DNA from: Candidatus Jorgensenbacteria bacterium
Lineage (GTDB): Bacteria; Patescibacteriota; Minisyncoccia; UBA6257; GWB1-50-10
Assembly: GCA_043797305.1 (NCBI GenBank)
Contig: JAZDPW010000012.1
Location: forward strand, 1-56,418
Length of the DNA: 56,418 bases
Direction: 5' to 3'
The notes beneath the pieces were generated by a model. That model had not been told where the DNA came from. It saw only the letters and a program-made list of their open reading frames with translations, and ran no database searches. Shown piece by piece: positions 24,629-33,726 of the stretch. Within the stretch, counting starts at the first letter, position 1. Each line of letters opens with the position of its first letter. Both the position numbers and the translations under genes were made by a program.

Positions 24629-24640
24629 AGTAAAGAAGTT

Positions 24641-26452
24641 ATGTATAAATCAGAAACAAAAAACTGTCAGAATTGCAAAAAGGATTTCGTTATAGAACCG
24701 GACGATTTTGCTTTTTACAAGAAAATAGATGTCCCGCCGCCAACTTTTTGTCCAGAGTGTAGAGTGGTTCGGCGGCTTGTCTGGGTTAATGACAGGTCAC
24801 TTTATAGACGTAAGTGCGGTTTCTGCCCCAAAGAAGTGATTTCAGCTGTTCCTCCAACGTCGCCTATGCCCGTATATTGCAATCATTGTTGGTGGTCCGA
24901 TAAGTGGGATCCGAAGGACTACGGTGTCGATGTTGATTTCTCTCGTCCTTTTTTGGAACAATTCTCGGAGCTTTTGAGCCGCGTACCCTGGCCTGCGCTT
25001 GACACAATCGAGTCGTCAAACGTGCGGAGTGAGTACACTCACCACACATCTTATCTTAAAGATTGCTACTTAATGGCAAACACCGATTATAGTGAGGATT
25101 GTGCTTATGGAGCTTATGTGGAATACAGTAGAAACTCCTTTGATCTTTTGTTTTCCGATTACTGCACGGAGTGTTATGAAGGAGCAAACCTGTCAAAATG
25201 TAATAAAGTTTTTTTCTCATTAAATTGCGAGGATTGTTACAACGTTGCCCTTTCAATTAATTGTGTTGGTTGTTCTGACTGTTTCGGTTGCGTCAATCTT
25301 AGGAACAAGCAATACCACATTTTTAATGAGCCGTACTCGAAAGACGACTATAAAAAGAAAATTCAAGAGTTTGATTTAGGCTCTTTTAAAACCATTAATT
25401 TAGTAAGGCAGAAACTCAATGAACTATCCACCCGTTCTGTGCATCGGTATATGCATGGCAGAATGAACCGCGATGTATCCGGAGAGTATATTTATCGTTC
25501 CAAGAACGTAAAAGACAATTATCAGGTGATGGATACGGAGGATAGCAGATATTGCCATTTTATGATTCTTCCTACGACAAAAGACAGTTATGATTTCACG
25601 ATGTGGGGTGGGAATGCAGTTCGGATGTATGAGTGCGTATCATGCGGAGGAGGTAGCAATAACGTGCGATTCACTTTTCAGTGTTGGACCGAGCCGATAA
25701 TAAACGTGGAATACTGTACTTATCTCACTGCCGCCCCATGCCAAAATCTTTTTGGCTGTATAGCGTTGAAAAAAAGCAAAAACTGTATTTTAAACAAACA
25801 ATATACGGAAGAAGGGTTTAAGAAACTAAAGAAGAAAGTTATTGAGCACATGAATAAAATGCCCTATGTCGATAGAAGAAACAGGATTTATAAATACGGA
25901 GAATTCTTTCCAATAAATTTTTCACCATTTGCTTATAACGAAACCATTGCCCAGGAGTACTTCCCCCTGACCAAGGAACAAGCTATATCTCAAGGATATC
26001 GTTGGAAAGACCTCGAAACCAAGGAATACAAGGTCACCAAGCGCCCGGAAGACCTCCCAGACCAAATCAAGGACGTAGACGACAGAATCTTGAAGGAAAC
26101 CATCGGTTGTACCCACGCCAGTCCGCCAGCCGGCGGATGCAACGAACAATGCACTACCGCTTTCAAAATTATCGAACCGGAACTTCAATTCTACCGCAAG
26201 ATGAACCTTCCCTTACCTAGATTATGTCCCAATTGTCGTCACTACCAACGCTTAAAACAAAGAAACCCCCTTAAGTTGTGGCATCGCACTTGCCAGTGTG
26301 CCGGAGATAAATCAGAAAATAGTATCTATTCAAACAACACAAAACACTTCCATGAGAACGGTCATTGCCCCAATGAGTTTGAAACACCTTATTCTCCGGA
26401 CAGGAAAGAAATTGTGTATTGCGAAAGCTGCTACAATGCTGAAATTGCATGA
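24641..26452 (+). CDS. Cys-rich hypothetical protein with related zinc-ribbon-like modules at both termini
   Basis: 603-aa ORF with many CxxC pairs. The N-terminal and C-terminal segments share the same FY.K...P.P..CP.CR...R....N...L..R.C ... VYC..C pattern. The gene is AT-rich. Confidence 0.7.
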   Translation: MYKSETKNCQNCKKDFVIEPDDFAFYKKIDVPPPTFCPECRVVRRLVWVNDRSLYRRKCGFCPKEVISAVPPTSPMPVYCNHCWWSDKWDPKDYGVDVDFSRPFLEQFSELLSRVPWPALDTIESSNVRSEYTHHTSYLKDCYLMANTDYSEDCAYGAYVEYSRNSFDLLFSDYCTECYEGANLSKCNKVFFSLNCEDCYNVALSINCVGCSDCFGCVNLRNKQYHIFNEPYSKDDYKKKIQEFDLGSFKTINLVRQKLNELSTRSVHRYMHGRMNRDVSGEYIYRSKNVKDNYQVMDTEDSRYCHFMILPTTKDSYDFTMWGGNAVRMYECVSCGGGSNNVRFTFQCWTEPIINVEYCTYLTAAPCQNLFGCIALKKSKNCILNKQYTEEGFKKLKKKVIEHMNKMPYVDRRNRIYKYGEFFPINFSPFAYNETIAQEYFPLTKEQAISQGYRWKDLETKEYKVTKRPEDLPDQIKDVDDRILKETIGCTHASPPAGGCNEQCTTAFKIIEPELQFYRKMNLPLPRLCPNCRHYQRLKQRNPLKLWHRTCQCAGDKSENSIYSNNTKHFHENGHCPNEFETPYSPDRKEIVYCESCYNAEIA

Positions 26453-26468
26453 AGAAAGAAATTGTCTA

Positions 26469-26512
26469 CTCCGACGCCCAAAGAGGTCGGAGCCCCGACT
26501 GGAACGTCGGGG
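26469..26512 (+). repeat. Double-hairpin element, copy B
   Basis: CTCCGAC-gcccaaagag-GTCGGAG followed by CCCCGAC-tggaac-GTCGGGG. Confidence 0.8.
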
Positions 26513-26693
26513 CTGCGAACAATGCTATAACGCCGAAATCGTTTAAAGGTAATCTCTCGGTAAATCTCGGGACTCAAATTTATGGTAGAATTTATATCAC
26601 TGAAGGTTGTGTGAGCACAGATCATAAGGCAACCCCGCCTCTGGCGGGATGCTCAAATTTATAGCTTCACTTCGTTTCAGATAAATTTGGCAC

Positions 26694-29600
26694 ATGCTAA
26701 GAAAAATAAAGGATTTTTCGCTGCCGGAAGTTGAGGAGAAAGTTCTCAAGTTCTGGACCGAAAACAAGGTTTTTGAGAAGTCGCTCAATAACCGAAAAAA
26801 CAAAAAGAAATTTGTTTTCTTCGAAGGTCCGCCGACGGCAAACGGCCGGCCAGGTCTTCATCACGTTCTAGTCCGTTCCTTTAAAGACATAATCCTCCGC
26901 TACAAAACGATGACGGGGTTTTTCACGCCGCGGCGCGGCGGTTGGGACACTCACGGTCTCCCGGTTGAAATCGAGGTGGAAAAGGAGCTGGGCTTGAAAT
27001 CCAAGCAGGGGATTGAAAAATACGGTATCGCCGAATTCAATCGAAAATGCCGTGAATCGGTTTGGCGGTACAAGGACGAATGGGAAAAGCTCACCCGCCG
27101 CATCGGTTTCTGGTTGGACATGGACAATGCTTACGTTACTTACGAGCCAAAATACATCGAAACGCTTTGGTGGATAATTTCCGAAATTTGGAAAAAGAAA
27201 CTTTTATACAAAGGTTACAAAGTCGTGCCGTGGTGCACTCGTTGCGGCACCGGCCTTTCTTCCCACGAACTCGCCCTGGGGTACAAGGAGGTTGAAGAAA
27301 ACTCGGTTTATTTGAAATTCAGGAGTAAAAGCGGAAAATTGAAGAACGCTTATATCCTTTCGTGGACTACCACTCCCTGGACGTTGCCGGGGAATGTCGC
27401 TCTTGCGGTAAACGCCAAAGTGAAATACGTATTGGCGGAAAAGAACGGGGAAAAGTTAATTTTAGCCAAAGAACGGATCTCAGCTCTCGGCGAGTCACCG
27501 GAAGTTTTGAAAGAATTTTCAGGCAAAGAACTTTTGGGCTTGGAATACGAGCCGCTTTTTAAGGTTTCGGCGCTTAAGTCCAGGACTTCATACAAAGTTT
27601 ATGCCGCCGATTTCGTGACAATCGAAGAGGGTACGGGCGTGGTCCATACCGCGGTGATGTACGGCCCGGACGACTATGATCTCGGGATAAAAGTCGGCTT
27701 GCCTCAGTACCACACCGTCGACGAGAAAGGATTTTTCCTGAAGAACGTGCCGGTTGTGGGCGGTATGTATGTCAAGGACAAAAAGACCGAAGAAAAAATC
27801 ATAGATTATTTAAAAACCAAAAAGTATTTGCTGAAAACCGAACTCTACAAGCACGATTACCCATTTTGCTGGCGTTGCAGCACGCCGCTTCTCTACTACG
27901 CCCGCGATTCCTGGTTTGTGGCGATGTCGAAGCTTCGGGCGAAACTTATCGCTTCCAACAATAAAATCAACTGGATTCCGGAGAACATAAAACAAGGCCG
28001 TTTCGGCGAATGGCTTCGGGAAGCGAAAGATTGGGCTTTTTCCCGCGAACGTTATTGGGCAACGCCGTTACCCGTCTGGATTTGCGATAAATGCGGTGCG
28101 GCGGAGGTTGTGGGCGGCGTGGAGGAACTCGAGAAGCACTTAGGTAAGAGCACGAATAAGTACATTCTTGTACGGCACGCGGAGGCCAAGAATAACGTAG
28201 AAGGTATCGTTAGTTGTTGGCCGGAGAAGAAGAAATACCCTCTCACCACTATTGGAAAAGACCAGGCTTTCCAGCTCGGTCAGGAAATGAAAAAACGGAA
28301 AGTAGATTTGATATTTGCTTCCGATGTGCAAAGAGCCAAAGAAACTGCCGAGATAATTTCCAAGGAAACCGGTCTAAAAGTCGTTTATGACCCGCGGTTA
28401 CGGGAGTTGAACATCGGCGATTTTAACGGTAAACGCCACGAGGAATACAGCCGTTATTTCAGCGATCCCCGCGAACGTTTTAGTCGCCCGGTTCCCAACG
28501 GCGAATCTCTTTATGAAGTAAAGAAACGAGTTTTTGATTTTATAAAGTCCGTCGAAAAGAAATACAAAAATAAAACTATTATTGTGGTAGGCCACGGCGA
28601 TCCTTTATGGATGATGCAAAGCGTAATGGCCGGGCTTTCGGACGGAGACATGACTGGGGAAGACGGTCTTAAAAATTTATATCCCGAAAAAGGCAAAGCC
28701 TATCCGGCGCATTTTAGAAACATCTCCCGCAACGAAATTGGCGAGTTGGACCTACACCGTCCTTACATTGATGGAATTCATTTCCCTTGTCCCAAACCGC
28801 GGTGTAAAGGCAAAATGGCGCGGGTAAAAGAAGTTGTTGACGGTTGGTTCGATTCCGGAGCAATGCCTTTCGCCCAAAATTATTACCCTTTCGATAAAAA
28901 ATTGGAGTTTCCGGCCGATTTCATAGTTGAAGGCGTTGACCAGACCCGGGGCTGGTTTTATACCCTCCTTGCTACCGCTGTCCTCTTAGGCAAGGGCGCG
29001 CCTTATAAGAACGTGATTTCCCTGGGACTGATCTTGGATAAAAACGGCCAGAAGATGTCTAAGTCCAAGGGCAACGTCGTGAATCCCTGGGAAATGGTCC
29101 AAAAATTCGGAGCGGACGCGATTCGCTGGTATTTCTACACCATAAACCCGCCCGGCGAGTTCAAGCGCTTCGACGAAAAAGACATCATAAAAGGAGCCCG
29201 CCAATTCATTTCTCTTCTCTATAATTCATTCGCTTTCCTGAACACCTATGATACCGGAACGCATAGGATTCCGCAGTTTACCGCTAAAACCGCAAACTCA
29301 AACGTTTTGGACAGGTGGATTGTTGCCCGTCTTCATCAAACCATTGATTCGACAACCAAGGATCTGAATCGTTATGAGGTCGGGGGAGCGGCTCGCGGAA
29401 TCGAGAGTTTCGTAAACGATCTCTCGCGTTGGTATATCCGTCGTTCCCGTCGCCGGTTCCAAAAACCAGAGAGCCGAAAAGATTACGAGATGGCTCTTAG
29501 CACGCTAAATTACGTGCTTTTGGAAACGAGCAAGCTTATTGCGCCGTTTACGCCGTTCTTCGCCGAAGCTTTGTATAAGTCATTAGTCATAAATCATTCG

Positions 29601-30179
29601 TCATCAGTTCACCTGGAGGACTGGCCCACAGCGAATAAAAAGTTAATTGATAAGAGATTACTGAGCGAAATGGAGGCGATTCGCTTAGTTGCAAGTTTGG
29701 CGCTTGCCAAAAGAGCGGAACTGGGAATTAAGGTTCGCCAGCCGTTGCCGGGATTGAAAATCAAGAACCAGGAATTAAAGGACAAAGAGCTTTTGGAAAT
29801 ATTGAAAGATGAAGTAAACGTCAAAAAGATAACAATTGACAAGAAGTTAAAAGAAAATATTGAGCTTGATATCAAAATTACTCACGAGCTAAAGGAAGAA
29901 GGGTGGCTAAGAGAGCTGGTGCGGCTTACCCAGGGCTTGCGGCAGGACGCGGGTCTAGAGCCGAAAGACGTAATCGTGTTTGTTGCTGAACTTCCCAAGG
30001 AACTGCAATTTGTCTTGGAGAAGAATGAAGCCTTTTTCAAAAAAGAAGTTAATGCAAAAGGCATCGAGTACCGCCGCTCGGATAAGTTTGAAGCCGAACT
30101 TGAGACGAAACTGGGCGAATGGCCGGTTTGGCTTGCCCTGAGGCGTCTCGAAGGGATTGGTTTGAGAAAGCCACGATAA
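26694..30179 (+). CDS. ileS: Isoleucine--tRNA ligase with an inserted histidine-phosphatase (PGAM-like) domain
   Basis: GPPTANGRPGLHHV (HIGH region), KMSKSKGN, zinc motifs WCTRCGT / CWRCSTP / CDKCG...CPKPRCKG, WFDSGAMPF. An extra domain of about 194 aa lies at 28158-28740. Confidence 0.9.
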   Translation: MLRKIKDFSLPEVEEKVLKFWTENKVFEKSLNNRKNKKKFVFFEGPPTANGRPGLHHVLVRSFKDIILRYKTMTGFFTPRRGGWDTHGLPVEIEVEKELGLKSKQGIEKYGIAEFNRKCRESVWRYKDEWEKLTRRIGFWLDMDNAYVTYEPKYIETLWWIISEIWKKKLLYKGYKVVPWCTRCGTGLSSHELALGYKEVEENSVYLKFRSKSGKLKNAYILSWTTTPWTLPGNVALAVNAKVKYVLAEKNGEKLILAKERISALGESPEVLKEFSGKELLGLEYEPLFKVSALKSRTSYKVYAADFVTIEEGTGVVHTAVMYGPDDYDLGIKVGLPQYHTVDEKGFFLKNVPVVGGMYVKDKKTEEKIIDYLKTKKYLLKTELYKHDYPFCWRCSTPLLYYARDSWFVAMSKLRAKLIASNNKINWIPENIKQGRFGEWLREAKDWAFSRERYWATPLPVWICDKCGAAEVVGGVEELEKHLGKSTNKYILVRHAEAKNNVEGIVSCWPEKKKYPLTTIGKDQAFQLGQEMKKRKVDLIFASDVQRAKETAEIISKETGLKVVYDPRLRELNIGDFNGKRHEEYSRYFSDPRERFSRPVPNGESLYEVKKRVFDFIKSVEKKYKNKTIIVVGHGDPLWMMQSVMAGLSDGDMTGEDGLKNLYPEKGKAYPAHFRNISRNEIGELDLHRPYIDGIHFPCPKPRCKGKMARVKEVVDGWFDSGAMPFAQNYYPFDKKLEFPADFIVEGVDQTRGWFYTLLATAVLLGKGAPYKNVISLGLILDKNGQKMSKSKGNVVNPWEMVQKFGADAIRWYFYTINPPGEFKRFDEKDIIKGARQFISLLYNSFAFLNTYDTGTHRIPQFTAKTANSNVLDRWIVARLHQTIDSTTKDLNRYEVGGAARGIESFVNDLSRWYIRRSRRRFQKPESRKDYEMALSTLNYVLLETSKLIAPFTPFFAEALYKSLVINHSSSVHLEDWPTANKKLIDKRLLSEMEAIRLVASLALAKRAELGIKVRQPLPGLKIKNQELKDKELLEILKDEVNVKKITIDKKLKENIELDIKITHELKEEGWLRELVRLTQGLRQDAGLEPKDVIVFVAELPKELQFVLEKNEAFFKKEVNAKGIEYRRSDKFEAELETKLGEWPVWLALRRLEGIGLRKPR

Positions 30180-30182
30180 TTC

Positions 30183-30863
30183 ATGAAAATAGAAAAAGAA
30201 AAATTGTTTTTTGAGCAGGAAGAAAAATCACGCCGGCTTGAAGATGTTATGGATTTGCTCAAAACGGAAACCGACGAAGAAAAAATAAAGGAACTTACGA
30301 AAGAGGCATATCCGCTTATTAAAATCAGGTTTTTGGAATCCGGCGGAGTTTTTCACGATGACATTGAAGAGCTTTATCACGGCTTGAGAGGGAATTTTAT
30401 TGTCAGAATGGATAGTCCCGAGAGGGTCGTGAGTTCCATCGGGACGCATGAAGATTTGAGGATTTTGCCGAAAAAAGACCATCCTAATGCCGTGGAGTGG
30501 CGAAGCGAATACGGTTCAATAGGTCTTCAAGATGCTTTCTCGGAAGGAACGGGTATGTTGGGCGGCCTTATTACGGTCATTGGTTTCAAAAAAGGGAGAG
30601 ATATTAAGGTGGGCGATGTCGGAGAAGAAGAAAAAGACATGTTTGGCCGGGAACGCGGCCTGGTAAGGGTTGCAAAAGGCAGGGTGCACCCCAAGGACGT
30701 GCAGTTTGTCATCCTTCGCTTACCGACAGATTGTTTCCCGGAAGAGGAAATTACACCGCAGGAGAAAATGGATATCCAGAAACGTAATCGGCACTTTATT
30801 TTTAGAGGATTCGCTTTCAACGAAAGTGCCAAACCTGCAAGAGAGGAAAGAATAGCGGCTTAG
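30183..30863 (+). CDS. Hypothetical protein
   Basis: 226-aa ORF starting 3 nt after the ileS stop. No motif recognised. Confidence 0.5.
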   Translation: MKIEKEKLFFEQEEKSRRLEDVMDLLKTETDEEKIKELTKEAYPLIKIRFLESGGVFHDDIEELYHGLRGNFIVRMDSPERVVSSIGTHEDLRILPKKDHPNAVEWRSEYGSIGLQDAFSEGTGMLGGLITVIGFKKGRDIKVGDVGEEEKDMFGRERGLVRVAKGRVHPKDVQFVILRLPTDCFPEEEITPQEKMDIQKRNRHFIFRGFAFNESAKPAREERIAA

Positions 30864-30869
30864 CCCTGG

Positions 30870-31850
30870 TTAAATAAAAAGTCCAATTTTCTTTTTGACT
30901 TCCAAGAGTTTTTTGGAGGCGACAGCGTTTGCTTTTTTGTTCCCCGAAGCGAGCGCTTTTTTAATTTCCGCAGTTTTTATTCTTTTCTTCCTTTCCTGGA
31001 ACGGCCGGAGGGCGCGGATTACGATTTCAGCCAGACCCTTTTTAAACTCGGCGTAGCCCTTACCGGCATACATTTTTTCAATCGCATTCACCGGTTTGCC
31101 GGAGAGCTCGGAATAAATCAAGAGCAGATTACTCACACCGGGCTTCGACTTCTCGTCGTATTTGATTTCTTTCCCCGAATCAGTCGTTGCCCGCATTACT
31201 TTCTCGCGGATTTTTTCGGGCGAGTCTTCTAGGAAAAGACAACCGGTAGGCTGAGATTTGGACATTTTTTTAGTTGGGTCATCCAAACTCATCAGGCGCG
31301 GCACTTTGGTAAGAAGCGGTTTTGGTTCGATAAAAGTTTTACCGAATTTGTTGTTGAACTTTCTTACAAGCGTCCGAGAAAGCTCAAGGTGTTGTAGCTG
31401 GTCTTCGCCGACCGGCACCACCGCCGCGTCGTAGAGGACGATGTCGGCAGCCATGAGCGCCGGGTAGGTCAAGAGACCGATATTGATGTTTTGTTTTTGG
31501 GCTTCGGATTTGTTTTTAAACTGCGTCATCCGCTCCATTTCCCCCAAAGGGGCGACGGTTTCGAAAATCCAACCAAGTTCCGGGTGAGCCGGCACTTCCG
31601 ACTGCTGAAAAATGACGGAGTTTTTGCCGATGCCGGCGGCAAGATAATCGGCCGTGAGGTCTAGAATTTGCTTCGGTTTCTCCCGCGGGTCGAAAAATTC
31701 CGTAAGCGAATGGAGGTCAGCGATGAAAAAATAACACTCGTATTTGCCGGAATTCTGGAGCTCGACGAAGTTTTTAAGAGCGCCCAAATAGTTTCCTAAG
31801 TGGAGTTTCCCTGTGGGCTGGATGCCCGATACAAGAATTGGTTTTGCCAT
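30870..31850 (-). CDS. trpS: Tryptophan--tRNA ligase
   Basis: GIQPTGKLHLGNYLG (HIGH) and KMSKS. Confidence 0.9.
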   Translation of the reverse strand: MAKPILVSGIQPTGKLHLGNYLGALKNFVELQNSGKYECYFFIADLHSLTEFFDPREKPKQILDLTADYLAAGIGKNSVIFQQSEVPAHPELGWIFETVAPLGEMERMTQFKNKSEAQKQNINIGLLTYPALMAADIVLYDAAVVPVGEDQLQHLELSRTLVRKFNNKFGKTFIEPKPLLTKVPRLMSLDDPTKKMSKSQPTGCLFLEDSPEKIREKVMRATTDSGKEIKYDEKSKPGVSNLLLIYSELSGKPVNAIEKMYAGKGYAEFKKGLAEIVIRALRPFQERKKRIKTAEIKKALASGNKKANAVASKKLLEVKKKIGLFI

Positions 31851-33595
31851 TATACCTCTATTATAACCGGTAAAATCATCGGTCGGCGCTTGGTCTTATT
31901 GTAGAGGAATTGACCGATTTGGTCGCGAATCAGAGACTTGATGTAGTCGGCGTCAACCGTCTGATGCCGCGGGATGCGGCCTAAAATCCCCCTGATTCTC
32001 CGGCGAATTTCATCCAATAATTCCTTGTGGTCCTTGAGGTAAATGAAGCCGCGGGAGATGATATCCGGATTTTTGAGAACCCGGCCGCTCTGGCGGCTTA
32101 GTGTCGCGATGACAACCACCATTCCTTCCTGGGCAAGAGTGAGTCGGTCGCGGAGGACCACCTCACCGACATCGCCCACTCCCAAGCCGTCAACCATGAC
32201 GTAGAAGGCCGGAATTTTTTCGCCGCTTATGACGGCGGAATTTTTGGTAAACTCCACCACCAAGCCGTTGTCGGCAATCAGGGTTTCTTCCGGTTTCAGG
32301 CCCACTTCATTCTGGGCGAGTTTCGCGTTTTGGGCGCGCATAAAGTAGTAGCCGTGGATGGGCAGGAAAAAGCGGGGCTTTACGAGCCTTATTACGGTTT
32401 TCAGCTCTTCCTGAGGAGCGTGGCCCGACGAGTGAATGTCGAGCATCTTGTAGTGATAAATGGTCGCACCCTGGCGGGTGAGATTGTCTTTGAGGTTCTG
32501 AACGCTTCTTTCGTTTCCCGGCACGATTGAGGCAGAGAGGACAACCGTATCGGTTTTCTTTATTCTTACGTGCTTGTGTTCGCCGTTTGCAATGCGCATC
32601 AGAGCCGCATTCGGTTCGCCTTGGGCGCCGGTCGCAAGGACCATTACTTGCTCGTCCGGATGCTTATTCACTTCTTCTATCGGGATAAGCGTGCCTTTTT
32701 GGATTTTAAGGTAGTTAAGATTTTGGGCTATCTGGATGTTGGTTTTCATCGAGTAGCCGCTTATCGCCACTTTTCTTTTCAGCCGTTCGGCAATTTTTAT
32801 GATTTCGCCCAAACGGTCCAAGAGCGAAGAGAAAGTGCCGACGACTATTCTGCCTTTAGCCGACTTGAATATTTTTTCGAGTTCCTTTTCAACCACTCTT
32901 TCGGAAAGGGAAAAGCCCGGCGTCTCCGCTCCGGTTGAGTCGAGCATTAAGGTGTGGATTTTTTGTTCGCCGACCCATTTCCAGGCATCCAGTCCCCGGG
33001 GCTTGCCCTCGTTGTCGTAATCGAACTTGAATTCGCCGGGATGGACAATATTGCCTACCGGCGTGTGAAAAATCATTCCGACTCCTTCGGGAATATTGTG
33101 GATGACGTCGAAGAAAGTGACCGAAAAGTGCTCTCCCAGCCTGTGAGTTTCTTTGCCCTTCACGATTACGAAGGCGGGTTTCGGCGAGTTCGGGAAATCT
33201 TCCTGTCTTTTAAGGATTATTTCCTTGCTGATTTCAGTCGTGTAAATCGGCGGGTTGCCGAGTTTGTGGAGGACGTAAGGAATGGCGCCAATGTGGTCAT
33301 AGTGGCCGTGGGTGATGATGAGCGCCTTGATGTGCTGTTTTCTGGTTTCAAGATAAGAGACGTTGGGGATAATGTAGTCGATGCCGGGCGTTTCTTCTTC
33401 GGGAAACTGCAAACCGGCGTCAACAATGACGATTTCATCCTTGTATTCCAGGAACATCATGTTGCGGCCGATTTCTTCCAAGCCGCCGAGCGCCGCCCAG
33501 CGGACTATTTCTTCCTTGCCGGTTCTCATCGGTTTTTTGACCGGCGCCGCGGCTCTTGTTCTTCTTCTCATTGTTTTTGCTGTTTGTGTAACCAT
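31850..33595 (-). CDS. rnj: Ribonuclease J
   Basis: MBL motif ITHGHYDHIG, beta-CASP region, and the HSSGHA motif. Confidence 0.9.
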   Translation of the reverse strand: MVTQTAKTMRRRTRAAAPVKKPMRTGKEEIVRWAALGGLEEIGRNMMFLEYKDEIVIVDAGLQFPEEETPGIDYIIPNVSYLETRKQHIKALIITHGHYDHIGAIPYVLHKLGNPPIYTTEISKEIILKRQEDFPNSPKPAFVIVKGKETHRLGEHFSVTFFDVIHNIPEGVGMIFHTPVGNIVHPGEFKFDYDNEGKPRGLDAWKWVGEQKIHTLMLDSTGAETPGFSLSERVVEKELEKIFKSAKGRIVVGTFSSLLDRLGEIIKIAERLKRKVAISGYSMKTNIQIAQNLNYLKIQKGTLIPIEEVNKHPDEQVMVLATGAQGEPNAALMRIANGEHKHVRIKKTDTVVLSASIVPGNERSVQNLKDNLTRQGATIYHYKMLDIHSSGHAPQEELKTVIRLVKPRFFLPIHGYYFMRAQNAKLAQNEVGLKPEETLIADNGLVVEFTKNSAVISGEKIPAFYVMVDGLGVGDVGEVVLRDRLTLAQEGMVVVIATLSRQSGRVLKNPDIISRGFIYLKDHKELLDEIRRRIRGILGRIPRHQTVDADYIKSLIRDQIGQFLYNKTKRRPMILPVIIEV

Positions 33596-33600
33596 AAAAA

Positions 33601-33636
33601 TAAATTTCTAATTTCTAATTACTAATTTCTAATTTC
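33601..33636. repeat. Five tandem copies of a 7-mer (TAATTTC; GAAATTA on the minus strand)
   Basis: taaatttc taatttc taattac taatttc taatttc, lying between the tRNA-Leu 3' end and the rnj start codon. Confidence 0.85.
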
Positions 33637-33640
33637 GATG

Positions 33641-33722
33641 TGCCCCCGAGAGGATTTGAACCTCTAACCCTTTCGGGATACGCTCCTGAAGCGTACGCGT
33701 ATACCAGTTCCGCCACGGGGGC
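33641..33722 (-). tRNA. tRNA-Leu (anticodon CAG)
   Basis: Acceptor GCCCCCG/CGGGGGC, anticodon loop TTCAGGA, long variable arm, T-loop TTCAAAT. Confidence 0.85.
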
Positions 33723-33726
33723 GCGG

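Noticed and set aside
26449-26664. 71-aa ORF (MKKEIVYSDAQRGRSPDWNVG…) and the overlapping 26298-26546 ORF downstream of the Cys-rich gene.
   Set aside because: They read through the double-hairpin element and the displaced copy of the gene's 3' end. They are explained by that duplication rather than by being independent genes.
33601-33636. Checked this heptamer array and all other repeats for a CRISPR array.
   Set aside because: The units are only 7 nt with no spacers. The TIR and double-hairpin elements are dispersed, not arrayed with regular spacers. No cas genes were recognised anywhere in the window.
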